The notes under the pieces are model-generated. The model saw only the letters and a list, made by a program, of their open reading frames with translations. It was not told the DNA's origin and ran no database searches. A DNA stretch of 63,687 nt, filler included. It is 7 parts of 7 records of this genome, joined end to end, with 100 filler letters (N's around TTAATTAATTAA, not from the genome) between each part and the next. Parts side by side here need not be neighbours in the genome. Positions count along the whole stretch, not along the records: positions 16,221 to 21,708 come from SRR22947725_1411; positions 21,809 to 29,219 come from SRR22947725_1416; positions 29,320 to 50,295 come from SRR22947725_1417; 4 more parts are not named here. One strand, written 5' to 3'. Shown piece by piece: positions 20,051-30,328 of this stretch. Every line of letters begins with the position of its first letter. Positions within the stretch are counted from its first letter, which is position 1. Both the position numbers and the translations under genes were made by a program.

Positions 20051-21385
20051 TTATGCTGCATAATTGTTTTGATTCAATTTAGAAAGAATTTCACCATAAA
20101 GTGTGTTGTGATTTCCACTTGTGATTTTAACCTTTTTTATTTCTCCAACCAGACTTTCATCACTTTTTACTATCACAGAATTTAAATGTTCATCTCTTCC
20201 AAAATATTTATTTCCATCTTTAGTTTTGTTTTCAAATAAAACGTTGGATATTTTGCCAATTAAAGTTTCCCTATATTTTGTTTTAATTTTTTCTGCAATG
20301 CTTTGGAAGTTAATTAACCTTTTCTTTGCTTCAGATTGATTAACTTTTTTTAATCTATATGCAGGTGTACCTGGTCTTGCACTAAAAATAAATGAGTAAG
20401 AATTAATATATTGCACATTTTTAATTAATTTTTCAGTCAATTTAAAATCTTCCAAGGTTTCTCCGGGGTATCCAATTATGAAATCACTTGAAAATTTTAT
20501 ATTAGAATTAACTTTATTTAATTTCTCAATTATTCTTTGGTATTCTTCAATTGTATGTTTTCTATTCATTGCCTCTAAAATCTTATTAGAACCACTTTGA
20601 ACTGGTAAATGAATAAGTGGCATTAATTTTTCACACTCTATATGTGCATTAATTAAATCTTGAGTAAAATCTTTTGGATGAGATGTTGTATATCTTATCC
20701 TTTTTAAATCATTTATTTTAGAGATTTCAAATATCAAATCTGAAAGTTTTTTATTTTCGAAACTGTAAGCATTTACATTTTGACCTAAAAGAATTATTTC
20801 TCTCGCTCCATTATTAACTAGTTGTTTTGCTTCTTTTAATAATTCTTTAAATGATCTTGAATACTCTGCTCCCCTTGTATATGGGACAACACAAAACTTA
20901 CAAAACTTATCACAACCTTCTTGTATTGTTAAAAAAGATGAAATTTTATTGCATGAATTTTTTAAAGAATTTAAGGTATCAAATTTTTCAATTACATCAA
21001 ATTCAGTAAAGTTAATTGGTTTTTGTTTTTTTTCCAAATTTAAGATTATATTATTTATTTTGTGATATGATTGTGGTCCAATTACAGCATCAATATATTT
21101 TTCCTTTTTTAATAAAATATCTCCTTCTGCTTGCGCTACACAACCTGTAACTAATATGATGGGTTTTGATTTTTTTCTAAATTTTTTTTTAACTCTACCT
21201 ATATCGTGATAAACTTTATCTGTTGCTTTTTCCCTAATATGACAAGTATTCAAAACATAACAATTAGCTTCTTCTAAATTTTCTGCTTTAAGATAATCTA
21301 TTTTTTTTGTTATATCATAAATACGATTGCTATCGTATTCATTCATCTGACATCCAAAAGTTTTAATGAATATTTTCTTTATCAA
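20051..21385 (-). CDS. miaB: tRNA methylthiotransferase MiaB
   Basis: TFGCQMNEYDS, NTCHIRE, CDKFCKFC radical-SAM motif, HLPVQSG, TRAM tail; TTG start. Confidence 0.96.
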   Translation of the reverse strand: MIKKIFIKTFGCQMNEYDSNRIYDITKKIDYLKAENLEEANCYVLNTCHIREKATDKVYHDIGRVKKKFRKKSKPIILVTGCVAQAEGDILLKKEKYIDAVIGPQSYHKINNIILNLEKKQKPINFTEFDVIEKFDTLNSLKNSCNKISSFLTIQEGCDKFCKFCVVPYTRGAEYSRSFKELLKEAKQLVNNGAREIILLGQNVNAYSFENKKLSDLIFEISKINDLKRIRYTTSHPKDFTQDLINAHIECEKLMPLIHLPVQSGSNKILEAMNRKHTIEEYQRIIEKLNKVNSNIKFSSDFIIGYPGETLEDFKLTEKLIKNVQYINSYSFIFSARPGTPAYRLKKVNQSEAKKRLINFQSIAEKIKTKYRETLIGKISNVLFENKTKDGNKYFGRDEHLNSVIVKSDESLVGEIKKVKITSGNHNTLYGEILSKLNQNNYAA

Positions 21386-21386
21386 G

Positions 21387-21708
21387 TTATTTTTTTATTT
21401 TAGAACCATAAAGCTCTAGTTTATGATCGACAAGATTATAACCTAATTTTTTTGCTATTTTTTCTTGAAGTTCTTCGATATCTTTATCAACAAATTCGAT
21501 TATTTCACCGCTATTTATATCTATTAGATGATTGTGGTCGTCACTTATTTCATATCTAGCTTTGCCGGCTTTAAAATCATGCTTAACCAATATTCCAGCT
21601 TCTTCGAAAAGCTTAACTGTTCTATAAACTGTAGCTATGCTTATTTTGTTATCTATTGAAGTAACCCTTTTATGTAACTCATCTACATCAGGATGATCTT
21701 TTGAGCCA
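21387..21708 (-). CDS. fur: Fur family regulator, 5'-truncated
   Basis: Frame extends to the contig edge: DHPDVDELH..., ISIATVYRTVKLFEEAG, RYE...HNHLID..SG.IIEF. Confidence 0.9.
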
Positions 21709-21808
21709 NNNNNNNNNNNNNNNNNNNNNNNNNNNNNNNNNNNNNNNNNNNNTTAATTAATTAANNNNNNNNNNNNNNNNNNNNNNNNNNNNNNNNNNNN
21801 NNNNNNNN
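21709..21808. other. Artificial contig spacer
   Basis: N44-TTAATTAATTAA-N44. Confidence 0.99.
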
Positions 21809-21835
21809 TTGCTCTACCGACTGAGCTATCTGGGC
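21809..21835 (-). tRNA. 5' fragment of a tRNA (acceptor 5' strand plus D-arm), most like tRNA-Phe
   Basis: Reverse complement GCCCAGATAGCTCAGTCGGTAGAGCAA; the anticodon is lost at the contig edge, so the isotype is inferred. Confidence 0.75.
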
Positions 21836-21948
21836 AATTAAGGAAAAAGAATTATAACTGAACTGTGCTTGGTGGAGAATAGTTACCAGGAATATAAATA
21901 TTAATGGATGTATTTCACAGATTTTTAAATTTACTCTAAACTAAATAA

Positions 21949-22836
21949 ATGGCAATACAACATGTCAGCCCGGATACAAATATAGATGTAATTCTAGATA
22001 TCATTGAGCGTGATGCAGCAGTCGTCATTGATAATGTATTAACCAAAAAAGATCTTGATGATATTAAAAATGAGCTGAGCCCATATCTTAAAAATGATAT
22101 AGAGGGTGATAATGAGTTTACTGGATTTCAAACCAAAAGAGTTGGAGCTCTTATGGCAAGATCGCCCAAGTGTCGTGAGTTAGCCCTTAATCCAACAATC
22201 AATGCTTTATCGGCAAAATTTTTAGAACCCCACTGTGATGGATACCAACTCCATTTCACATCTGCAATTTCTATTGGGCCCAATGAAACACCTCAAATCC
22301 TTCATAGAGATCGAGGAGTATGGGGTGGATATGTGCCGAGGAAAATAGAAACACAATTTAGTACTGTGTGGGCCATAACGGATTTCACCAAAGAAAATGG
22401 TGCGACCCAAGTTGTGCCAGGTTCACATAAATGGGATAAAGATAGAATGCCCCTTGATGAAGAGGTTGAAAGTGCTGAAATGAATGCAGGCTCAGTATTT
22501 ATTTATACCGGATCTGTAATGCATGGTGGTGGAGCTAATCAAACGTCAGAAAATAGACTTGGTGTTTTTTTGCACTATGCTCCAAATTGGCTAAGACAGG
22601 AAGAAAATCAATACCTCTCTTGTCCTCCTTCAATAGCGAAAGAGCTAGAGCCTGAACTTCGAGATCTAATGGGTTACTCCCAAGGCGGTTACGTTTTAGG
22701 ATTCTTTACCGACCCAACAGATACTGAGGGAAAATTTGAATCAGTATCGCCCAAAAAACTCTTCGGAGAAGATATTGATCGGTTTAAAATTGCTTCATCT
22801 GAGGAGCTGGTTAAAAGCTCTACCAAAAACAATTAA
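21949..22836 (+). CDS. Phytanoyl-CoA dioxygenase (PhyH) family Fe(II)/2OG oxygenase
   Basis: Q.LHRD (HxD), WAITDFT.ENGAT.VVPGSH, HGGG.N....R, WLRQEEN. Confidence 0.9.
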   Translation: MAIQHVSPDTNIDVILDIIERDAAVVIDNVLTKKDLDDIKNELSPYLKNDIEGDNEFTGFQTKRVGALMARSPKCRELALNPTINALSAKFLEPHCDGYQLHFTSAISIGPNETPQILHRDRGVWGGYVPRKIETQFSTVWAITDFTKENGATQVVPGSHKWDKDRMPLDEEVESAEMNAGSVFIYTGSVMHGGGANQTSENRLGVFLHYAPNWLRQEENQYLSCPPSIAKELEPELRDLMGYSQGGYVLGFFTDPTDTEGKFESVSPKKLFGEDIDRFKIASSEELVKSSTKNN

Positions 22837-22865
22837 CAGCATTTTAATTAAATAAGATTTTTTCC

Positions 22866-23825
22866 ATGACCGAACACCTAAAACTTTACCCTGCAATTAA
22901 GCCCTATGATACTGGCTTCATCAGTGCAGATGAGCATGAGATTTATTATGAACAAAGCGGAAATCCAAATGGGAAACCAGCTGTTTTTTTGCATGGTGGG
23001 CCTGGCGGAGGAGGCAGCGAGGCTGTCAGAAGGTTCTTTAATCCCGAGGCCTACAGAATCATTGTGTTTGATCAAAGGGGATGCGGCAGAAGTAAGCCTC
23101 ATGCTTGTTTAACAAATAATACAACTTGGGATCTGGTTAATGATATTGAATCCTTAAAGCAAAAATTAGGCATTGATCAATGGTTAGTTTTTGGTGGTTC
23201 TTGGGGAAGCACTTTGGCATTAGCTTATGCTCAAACTTATCCAAGTTCAGTGAGTGAGATGGTTCTTCGTGGAATTTTTATGCTCAGAAAAAAGGAACTT
23301 GATTGGTTCTATCAAGATGGAGCCAGCCGTATTTTCCCAGAGGCATGGAAAAATTTCATTAACCAGATTGATAAATCTAAGAGAGATAATTTAATGCAGG
23401 CCTATCATGAAATTTTTATAGGATCGAATGAACAAAAAAGCTTGAATGCTGCTATTGCTTGGTCAAAATGGGAGGCTGCCTGCAGCAGCATAGACTATTC
23501 TCCAGAGCGAGTTGAAGAATTCTCAAACCCAAAATTTGCCCTGGCTTTTGCTCTAATTGAAAATCATTATTTTATGAATGCTGGTTTTCTAAATGATGAA
23601 AATCAATTATTAGATGGTGTAGAAAAAATTAGGTCAATTCCGGCAATTATTGTTCAGGGTAGATATGACATTGTTTGCCCAGCTGGAACAGCCTATGAAC
23701 TTTCAGAGCGATGGCCAGAGGCTTCTTTGGTTATCGCGCCCTTTTCCGGTCACTCAGCTTTTGAAAAAGAAATTACTCATGAGCTAATTTTAGCCACTGA
23801 CAAATTTGGTGGCGTGGATAGATAA
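22866..23825 (+). CDS. pip: Proline iminopeptidase
   Basis: HGGPGGG, DQRGCGRS.PHA, FGGSWGS (nucleophile), GRYD, GHSA. Confidence 0.95.
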   Translation: MTEHLKLYPAIKPYDTGFISADEHEIYYEQSGNPNGKPAVFLHGGPGGGGSEAVRRFFNPEAYRIIVFDQRGCGRSKPHACLTNNTTWDLVNDIESLKQKLGIDQWLVFGGSWGSTLALAYAQTYPSSVSEMVLRGIFMLRKKELDWFYQDGASRIFPEAWKNFINQIDKSKRDNLMQAYHEIFIGSNEQKSLNAAIAWSKWEAACSSIDYSPERVEEFSNPKFALAFALIENHYFMNAGFLNDENQLLDGVEKIRSIPAIIVQGRYDIVCPAGTAYELSERWPEASLVIAPFSGHSAFEKEITHELILATDKFGGVDR

Positions 23826-25049
23826 ATGCAATCATATGTTTTGCATTTAGAGTGTTCTAAGACAGGGGTTATTTATCCAGCAGATCAAATTCATAATCTT
23901 TCAGATGATGGAATGCCATTATTGGTTAGATATGATCTTAAAAAAATTAAAGAGGAACTTTCCAAAGATAGTTGGTGTGTGGAATCAGCACCAGGTTTTT
24001 GGCGCTATCAAGCATTGCTTCCTGTCTCAAACGCTGCTTCTAGAATTTCTTTGGGAGAGGTTATCACCCCTCTAATTCCTCTAAAAAAAAGCTCAGATTT
24101 ACTAGGTGGAAAGCAAGGAAATATTATTGTTAAGGATGAGGGGAGACTCCCAACTGGTTCTTTTAAAGCCAGAGGCTTGGCCCTTGCTGTTTCTATGGCA
24201 CATCAATTTGGGCTTAAACACCTGGCAATACCTACTAATGGAAATGCTGGAGCTGCATTGGCAGCTTATGCAAGACAAGCAAATATCAAAGCAACGGTTT
24301 TTTGTCCAGATGATACGCCTAGGGTAAATGTTCAAGAAATTCAGCTTCAGGGAGCCGATACATATCTTGTCAATGGACTAATTAATGATTGTGGGAAAAT
24401 CGTGCTTGAAGGAAGAGAGCAAGTAGGTTGGTTTGATGTCTCTACACTTAAAGAACCATATAGAATTGAAGGCAAAAAAACTATGGGCTTTGAACTTACA
24501 GAACAAATGAATTGGAGTTTGCCAGATGCAATCTTTTACCCGACAGGCGGGGGCACAGGACTCATCGGAATGTGGAAAGCATTTGCAGAGCTAAAAGAGC
24601 TTGGATGGCTTACAGGCAAACTACCTAAGATGATTGCTATTCAATCTTCAGGATGTGCACCAATTGTTAATGCTTTTGATAATGGCCTGGATCATGCTCC
24701 TTTATGGGACAACGCAAAAACCGTTGCGTCAGGTATCAGGGTGCCAGCTGCCATTGGTGATTTTTTAATTCTTGATGCTATTCGCCAATCAAATGGTTGC
24801 GCTCTGGCTGTGGAAGATGAGCATATTATCAATACGAGAGATATGATCTCCAAAGAAGATGGATTATTGCTCTGTCCTGAAGGGGCTGCAACTGCAGCTG
24901 GATATCAAATAGCCCTTGAGAAAAAAATAATCAATGAAGATGAAAAAGTTGTGCTCTTTAATTGCGCTTCTGGATTGAAGTATCCAATGCCAGATTCAAA
25001 TCAAGCCATTGATAAAAACTCTGCTATTAAATATAACCAGTTTACTTAG
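23826..25049 (+). CDS. thrC: Threonine synthase (fold-type II PLP)
   Basis: LGE..TPL, KDEG.LPTGSFKARG, GNAG, EGKKTM, PTGGG.G, PEGAA. Confidence 0.8.
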   Translation: MQSYVLHLECSKTGVIYPADQIHNLSDDGMPLLVRYDLKKIKEELSKDSWCVESAPGFWRYQALLPVSNAASRISLGEVITPLIPLKKSSDLLGGKQGNIIVKDEGRLPTGSFKARGLALAVSMAHQFGLKHLAIPTNGNAGAALAAYARQANIKATVFCPDDTPRVNVQEIQLQGADTYLVNGLINDCGKIVLEGREQVGWFDVSTLKEPYRIEGKKTMGFELTEQMNWSLPDAIFYPTGGGTGLIGMWKAFAELKELGWLTGKLPKMIAIQSSGCAPIVNAFDNGLDHAPLWDNAKTVASGIRVPAAIGDFLILDAIRQSNGCALAVEDEHIINTRDMISKEDGLLLCPEGAATAAGYQIALEKKIINEDEKVVLFNCASGLKYPMPDSNQAIDKNSAIKYNQFT

Positions 25050-25051
25050 TA

Positions 25052-26233
25052 TTAGCCCTTTCCAGAATTAATGTGCCTCAAATCACCATAAGCTAAATAA
25101 ATCTGCATTTCATCATGAGCGTCATAATCATGAATTCTCTTTAAATCATTTCCTGGGATATTTGTATATTTCATCGCAGCATTTCTCGCTGCTACTAATA
25201 ATGGATTTTTCATATGATAAATTTTGCCTTGCATCATTGAGAGTCTTTGTATTTTTTTGGTGCGCTTGCTGCGCACATGATCATAAGCTTCTTGAGCATT
25301 TACTAAGTTAGTCATATGCTCTTTGCAAGCCTTAGCAAATGAATACGAATCTTCAATTGCCATACAGGCGCCTTGTCCTAAGAATGGAACCATGGGATGA
25401 GCAGCATCACCAAGCAGAGTGATATTTTTTGCAATCATTGATTTTAAAGGAGGTCGGATATAGATCCCCCATTTATAAAGTGTTACAGAGTCCTCAAGTG
25501 CTGGAAATATCTTTGAGTCATAAGCGGAAAAATCATCCAATAAATCTGAAATAGAGCCCTCTTCTTTCCATGATTCTTTAAATTGATAATCTTCTTTCTT
25601 AACTGCAACAAAACTAACATCGCCCTCTTTATTGATTGGATAACTAACGATATGACTGTCAGGGCCAAGTGCAAAATGGATTTTCTGAAGGTTGGATTTA
25701 CCTATCCCCCTCCATGCACTATAGCCACTATATTTAGGATCTTGATTAGCTGCAAAAAAAGTATCTCGGATTGATGATCTTATGCCATCGCATGCTGCTA
25801 AGTGCTTAAGGGTGTATTTATTTTCATTGGTAAATGTAACTTCGCATTTAGCTACATCAAAGCTGGCAAAATCATGATGGTGAAAAATCTCTCCACCTAG
25901 ATTTATGTATCGAGAATACAGCAGTGACATTAATGTTTGTCGACGTGTTGTTAAGACCTCTGGTGTTGGGAATGAGGATATTTCCTTTTGCGGCCCTTGA
26001 ATTGAAGCCGCAGAATGAACGAATGATTGATTCTTCAAATCATTATAAATCTCTAGTCTATCTAGCAGGCGCAATGCATTCGAAGAAAGGCTAATTGCAG
26101 CACCATGCGAAGTTTCTTCTGACATCTTTTCAAAGATAATTGCTGGAATACCCTGTTCTGAAAGAGCGCATCCAAGTGTTAGGCCTGCTATCCCTCCCCC
26201 TATAATTCCAATATGATTTCTATGATCGCTCAT
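25052..26233 (-). CDS. FAD-dependent monooxygenase (salicylate/3-hydroxybenzoate hydroxylase-like)
   Basis: GGGIAG, DG..S.IR, LLGDAAHPM.P.LGQGA.MAIED. Confidence 0.9.
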   Translation of the reverse strand: MSDHRNHIGIIGGGIAGLTLGCALSEQGIPAIIFEKMSEETSHGAAISLSSNALRLLDRLEIYNDLKNQSFVHSAASIQGPQKEISSFPTPEVLTTRRQTLMSLLYSRYINLGGEIFHHHDFASFDVAKCEVTFTNENKYTLKHLAACDGIRSSIRDTFFAANQDPKYSGYSAWRGIGKSNLQKIHFALGPDSHIVSYPINKEGDVSFVAVKKEDYQFKESWKEEGSISDLLDDFSAYDSKIFPALEDSVTLYKWGIYIRPPLKSMIAKNITLLGDAAHPMVPFLGQGACMAIEDSYSFAKACKEHMTNLVNAQEAYDHVRSKRTKKIQRLSMMQGKIYHMKNPLLVAARNAAMKYTNIPGNDLKRIHDYDAHDEMQIYLAYGDLRHINSGKG

Positions 26234-26318
26234 TTAATGATTTTCCTTGACTTAAAGCATGCTCTAAGTTGTATAGTGCTTTATAGATCTTACTATTTAA
26301 ATCACTTGAGGAGATAAA

Positions 26319-27431
26319 ATGAGTACAAATAAACAAATTACTTCTACTGTAACTGATGCTGGAAAACTAGAAATAGCCATTACTGAGTCTGAGCGTCCTG
26401 TTCCGGGTGATGATGAGGTGCTAATTCAAGTAGAAGCGACTCCCATTAACCCCTCTGATTTGGGTTTATTAATTGGGCCGGGTGATATCAATACACTCAA
26501 AGCTGAAGACTCAAAAATCATAATGGATGTTCCAGAAGCAATTATGGGCGCCATGAAACCAAGACTCAATAAACCAATGCCAGTGGGTAACGAAGGCTCT
26601 GGAATAGTTATCGAAGCTGGAGCAAATGCACAAGAATTACTAGGCAAGGTTGTAAGCGTTGTTGGGGGCGGAATGTATTCTCAATATAGATGTCTACCTG
26701 CAGCTAGCTGCATGGTCATGAATGAAGGAACTGAGCCTCGAGATTGCGCATCAAGCTTTGTAAATCCTCTCACTGCTCTTGCTATGGTTGAAACCATGAA
26801 AATGGAAGGACACACAGCGCTTGTCCACACAGCCGCAGCCTCTAATTTGGGTCAAATGCTTGTAAAAATATGCGTAGATGATGGGGTGCAGCTGGTAAAT
26901 ATTGTTCGCAAGCAAGAACATGTTGATCTGTTGAAATCTATTGGCGCAGAGTTTGTTTGTAACTCATCCGATGATGACTTCATGGAGCAATTAACATCGG
27001 CTATCACTGAAACAAAAGCCACTCTTGCCTTTGATGCGACTGGGGGTGGAGAATTGGCTGGAAAAATCCTTACTTGTATGGAAGTTGCAGCAAGAAAAAA
27101 TGCGACAGAATATAGCCCCTATGGGTCTACTGATCATAAACAAGTCTATATTTATGGGGCGCTCAATCAGTCAGGGATTACGCTGCCAAATAATAGAAGC
27201 TTTGGAATGTATTGGGGGATTGGCGGATTTTTATTAACGCCGTTTCTAGGCAAAGTTGGCTTTGAAAAAGTTGGCGAGCTTCAGGCTCGAGTTGCAAACG
27301 AAATCAAAACTACTTTTGCAAGTAAATATACTCAAGAAGTCTCTCTTGAAAAAGCTCTAACTCTTGAAGCCTTGATGGTATATGCAAAACAAGCCACAGG
27401 AGAAAAATTCTTAATCAATCCCAATGGTTAG
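26319..27431 (+). CDS. Zn-free medium-chain oxidoreductase (enoyl-reductase/quinone-reductase-like)
   Basis: PINPSDL, GNEGSG, VNPLTA, TAAASNLG, DATGGG. Confidence 0.85.
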   Translation: MSTNKQITSTVTDAGKLEIAITESERPVPGDDEVLIQVEATPINPSDLGLLIGPGDINTLKAEDSKIIMDVPEAIMGAMKPRLNKPMPVGNEGSGIVIEAGANAQELLGKVVSVVGGGMYSQYRCLPAASCMVMNEGTEPRDCASSFVNPLTALAMVETMKMEGHTALVHTAAASNLGQMLVKICVDDGVQLVNIVRKQEHVDLLKSIGAEFVCNSSDDDFMEQLTSAITETKATLAFDATGGGELAGKILTCMEVAARKNATEYSPYGSTDHKQVYIYGALNQSGITLPNNRSFGMYWGIGGFLLTPFLGKVGFEKVGELQARVANEIKTTFASKYTQEVSLEKALTLEALMVYAKQATGEKFLINPNG

Positions 27432-27466
27432 AGAATAAGATAACCTAGGATAATTTTTTATCAATT

Positions 27467-27496
27467 AAAAAAGGGGGCCAAAGCCCCCTTTTTTTT
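27467..27496. terminator. Bidirectional rho-independent terminator
   Basis: AAAAAA-GGGGGC-CAAA-GCCCCC-TTTTTTTT between convergent genes. Confidence 0.9.
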
Positions 27497-27511
27497 GAAA
27501 TTAAAATTGTT

Positions 27512-27883
27512 CTAAATTAATGCCATTGCCATCATCACCAAGCAAACAATTGAGCCAAGCCAAAGCAATGTTCTAATTCTTGCAAAGCCAGCAATATATG
27601 TCACAACATGCCCTACTCTCAATGCAAGCCACCAAAACGCCAAGCCCGTCACATCTACAGATAATTGCATGGACATAAGAGCCAATGCTAAAAATATTGG
27701 TAAAGTTTCTTGTAAATTTGTATTCGCTCTCATGGCTCTCCCGGCCATGACAGTTAACTCATGAGGCATAGGCTCATCTCTGTTCGAGCCCAACCAAGGA
27801 AAATTTTTCATGTTGAAAGATGCGGGGATAAGCCAGGTTTGAAATAAAGCAAGCAATAAAGCAGCAATAATATAAGTCGTCAT
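27512..27883 (-). CDS. MAPEG family membrane protein
   Basis: Hydrophobic helices, G.NRD, RA.RA..N..E.LP.F, R..H...Y. Confidence 0.85.
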   Translation of the reverse strand: MTTYIIAALLLALFQTWLIPASFNMKNFPWLGSNRDEPMPHELTVMAGRAMRANTNLQETLPIFLALALMSMQLSVDVTGLAFWWLALRVGHVVTYIAGFARIRTLLWLGSIVCLVMMAMALI

Positions 27884-27914
27884 AAATTCTCTCCGAAATT
27901 ATTAAAGTTAGAGT

Positions 27915-28703
27915 TTAAACGATTGAAATAGTCCCTTCAAAGTAAATGACACTGCTACCAGAAATATAAACCCTATCTTTTTCTAATCTGCAAATTAATT
28001 TACCTCCTCGTTTGGAGAGTTGATGTGCTTCAAGCTCATCTTTACTCAATTGGCTGGCCCAATAAGGAGTCAACATCGTATGTGCTGATCCCGTTACAGG
28101 ATCCTCTTCAATCCCTGCTTCTGGATAAAAACACCTTGAAACAAAATCTACCTCATCTCCAGGAGCAGATATTACAAGACCTCTAGCATCTAGTTTTTTA
28201 AGAAGGGAGAAATTAGGCTGAATGTTTTTTATTTGTTTTTGATTTTCAAAAACTGCTAAATAATCATCTTTGCCCCTAAGTAACATTAATGGCTCAATGC
28301 CCAATATTTCTAAAAATAAGGGGTCTGATTTAATCATAACTGGTAGATCGCTTGGAAAATTGAGACAAAGCCCATCTTCAACCTTAGTGATTTTTAAAAC
28401 TCCGCTTTTGGAATTAAAATTAATTTCCTCTCCCGCTAAGTCAGAATAGTAATCAAAAAGTATGCGGGCACTTGCCAAAGTTGCATGACCGCAAAGATCT
28501 ACTTCAATGGATGGAGTAAACCATCTTATGGATAGCGGACTTTCATGGATGGTGACAAATGCCGTTTCAGATAAATTGTTTTCAGCGGCTATGGATTGCA
28601 TGACCTCATCTTTAAGTGGCGATTCTAAGATGACAACTGCAGCAGGATTGCCTGAAAATAATTTATTGGCAAAAGCGTCAACTTGATACATTTTCAATTT
28701 CAT
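27915..28703 (-). CDS. PhzF family epimerase/isomerase
   Basis: QVDAF....F.GNPAAV, N.SETAF, EVDLCGHATLA, EDPVTGSAH. Confidence 0.93.
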   Translation of the reverse strand: MKLKMYQVDAFANKLFSGNPAAVVILESPLKDEVMQSIAAENNLSETAFVTIHESPLSIRWFTPSIEVDLCGHATLASARILFDYYSDLAGEEINFNSKSGVLKITKVEDGLCLNFPSDLPVMIKSDPLFLEILGIEPLMLLRGKDDYLAVFENQKQIKNIQPNFSLLKKLDARGLVISAPGDEVDFVSRCFYPEAGIEEDPVTGSAHTMLTPYWASQLSKDELEAHQLSKRGGKLICRLEKDRVYISGSSVIYFEGTISIV

Positions 28704-28758
28704 GAAGTTATTTTACCTAATGGAGCTTTCAAGGCTAGAATGAATAAAAAGGATCAAC

Positions 28759-29219
28759 TTGAGCCCAGATAAACTAACAATCAAAACAAAATTAGCTTTT
28801 GGGGTAGGCGCAACAGGTGAAGGTGCAACCAATTGGATTTTTGCTGGTCTGACCTTCTTTTTTTACAATCAAGTCCTTGGTCTATCTGGGTCACTGACAG
28901 GCTTGGCAGTTTTAATCGCAATTATTTTTGATGCTGTTTCTGATCCTATTATGGGGTCTATTTCAGATCGATTTATATCTAAGCTTGGACGCAGACACCC
29001 CTTCATGTTCGCTGCACCTTTTCCTACAGTCATAGCAATCTATCTAATGTTTTTTCCACCAGATGGGTTGTCTGAGTATGGCTTATTTGGCTGGCTGATT
29101 TTTTCAACTATCTTACTTCGACTGAGCATTACTTTATTTGCAGTGCCTCATTTGGCTTTAGGGGCTGAGCTATCTGACGATTATTTTGAGCGCAGTCGGG
29201 TCATGAGTTACAACAATCT
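28759..29219 (+). CDS. GPH/MelB-type MFS transporter, 3'-truncated
   Basis: FFYNQVLGLS, DA.SDP.MG..SDR..S..GRRHPF, PH.ALGAEL..DY.ER. Confidence 0.85.
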
Positions 29220-29319
29220 NNNNNNNNNNNNNNNNNNNNNNNNNNNNNNNNNNNNNNNNNNNNTTAATTAATTAANNNNNNNNNNNNNNNNNNNNNNNNN
29301 NNNNNNNNNNNNNNNNNNN
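29220..29319. other. Artificial contig spacer
   Basis: N44-TTAATTAATTAA-N44. Confidence 0.99.
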
Positions 29320-30328
29320 AATATTTATAAATAAAAGCAGGATCTTTAATAAAATTTCTACCAACAGCTATTAAGTCTACCTTATTTTTTTTAATCGCTT
29401 TCTCAGCAAATGATAAATTTTCAATCTGACCTGATGATCTGATAATAATTTTAACTTTTTTTTTTATTTTTGAAGCAACATTTAACCTGAAACCTTTGAA
29501 AAACTTTAAATTAGTTTTAGTTAATATTCCTCCACTGGAGACACAAATATAGTCTAAGCCAATTTTTTTAAGGTGATGTGCTAAATAAATTGACTCTTTT
29601 AATTTAATTCCTTTTTTTAAATGGTCTGTGCCAGTAATTCTAGCACCTAAAATTTTTTTTTTTGGCCAAATTTTTCTAACTTTTTCTGCGATTTCTAATG
29701 CAATTCTACATCTATTTTTTAAACTACCTCCGTAACGATCTTTTCTTATATTTGATATAGGTGATAAAAATTGATGCAAAAGATAACCGTGAGCCATATG
29801 AATTTCAATTCCGTCAAAACCACAGCTATTTGCTAATCTAGAAGTTTTGACAAAATCATTGACTATTTTTTTTATTTCTATTTGAGTTAGTGTTTTTGGT
29901 GTTGGCCAATTTTTATCTTTTTTAATTGAAGATGCCGACACAGTTCTCCAATTTTTTTGTGTTTTTTTAAGTGCCGCATTAGATTTTACCCATGGAATAT
30001 GAGAGGAACCTTTTCTACCAGCGTGTGATATCTGTAGACTAATTGGTGTTTTTTTATCATATGATTTTAGAAAGGAAACTAATTTTTTGAAATCTTTCCC
30101 TTGTTTTTTAGTATTTAAACAAAGATCAGCATGCGTAATTTTTCCAGTATTATTTACAGCTGTTGACTCTAACATTAACATTGATGCCCCTGATGTAAGC
30201 AACTTCAACAAATGAGAATAATGCCATTTTGATGGAGAACCTTCTTTTGCTGAATACTGGCACATTGGAGAAACAACAACTCTATTTTTAAGTGTAAATT
30301 TTCCAACTTTAACTTTATTAAAAATCAT
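29320..30328 (-). CDS. Old yellow enzyme (YqjM-type NADH:flavin oxidoreductase), 3'-truncated
   Basis: NRVVVSPMCQYS, HAGRK, EIHMAHGYLLHQFLSP.SN.R.D.YGGS..NR. Confidence 0.93.

Noticed and set aside
21809-21948. tRNA fragment as an integration (att) remnant
   Set aside because: It is the 5' half cut by the contig edge, not a duplicated 3' end, and no integrase is present
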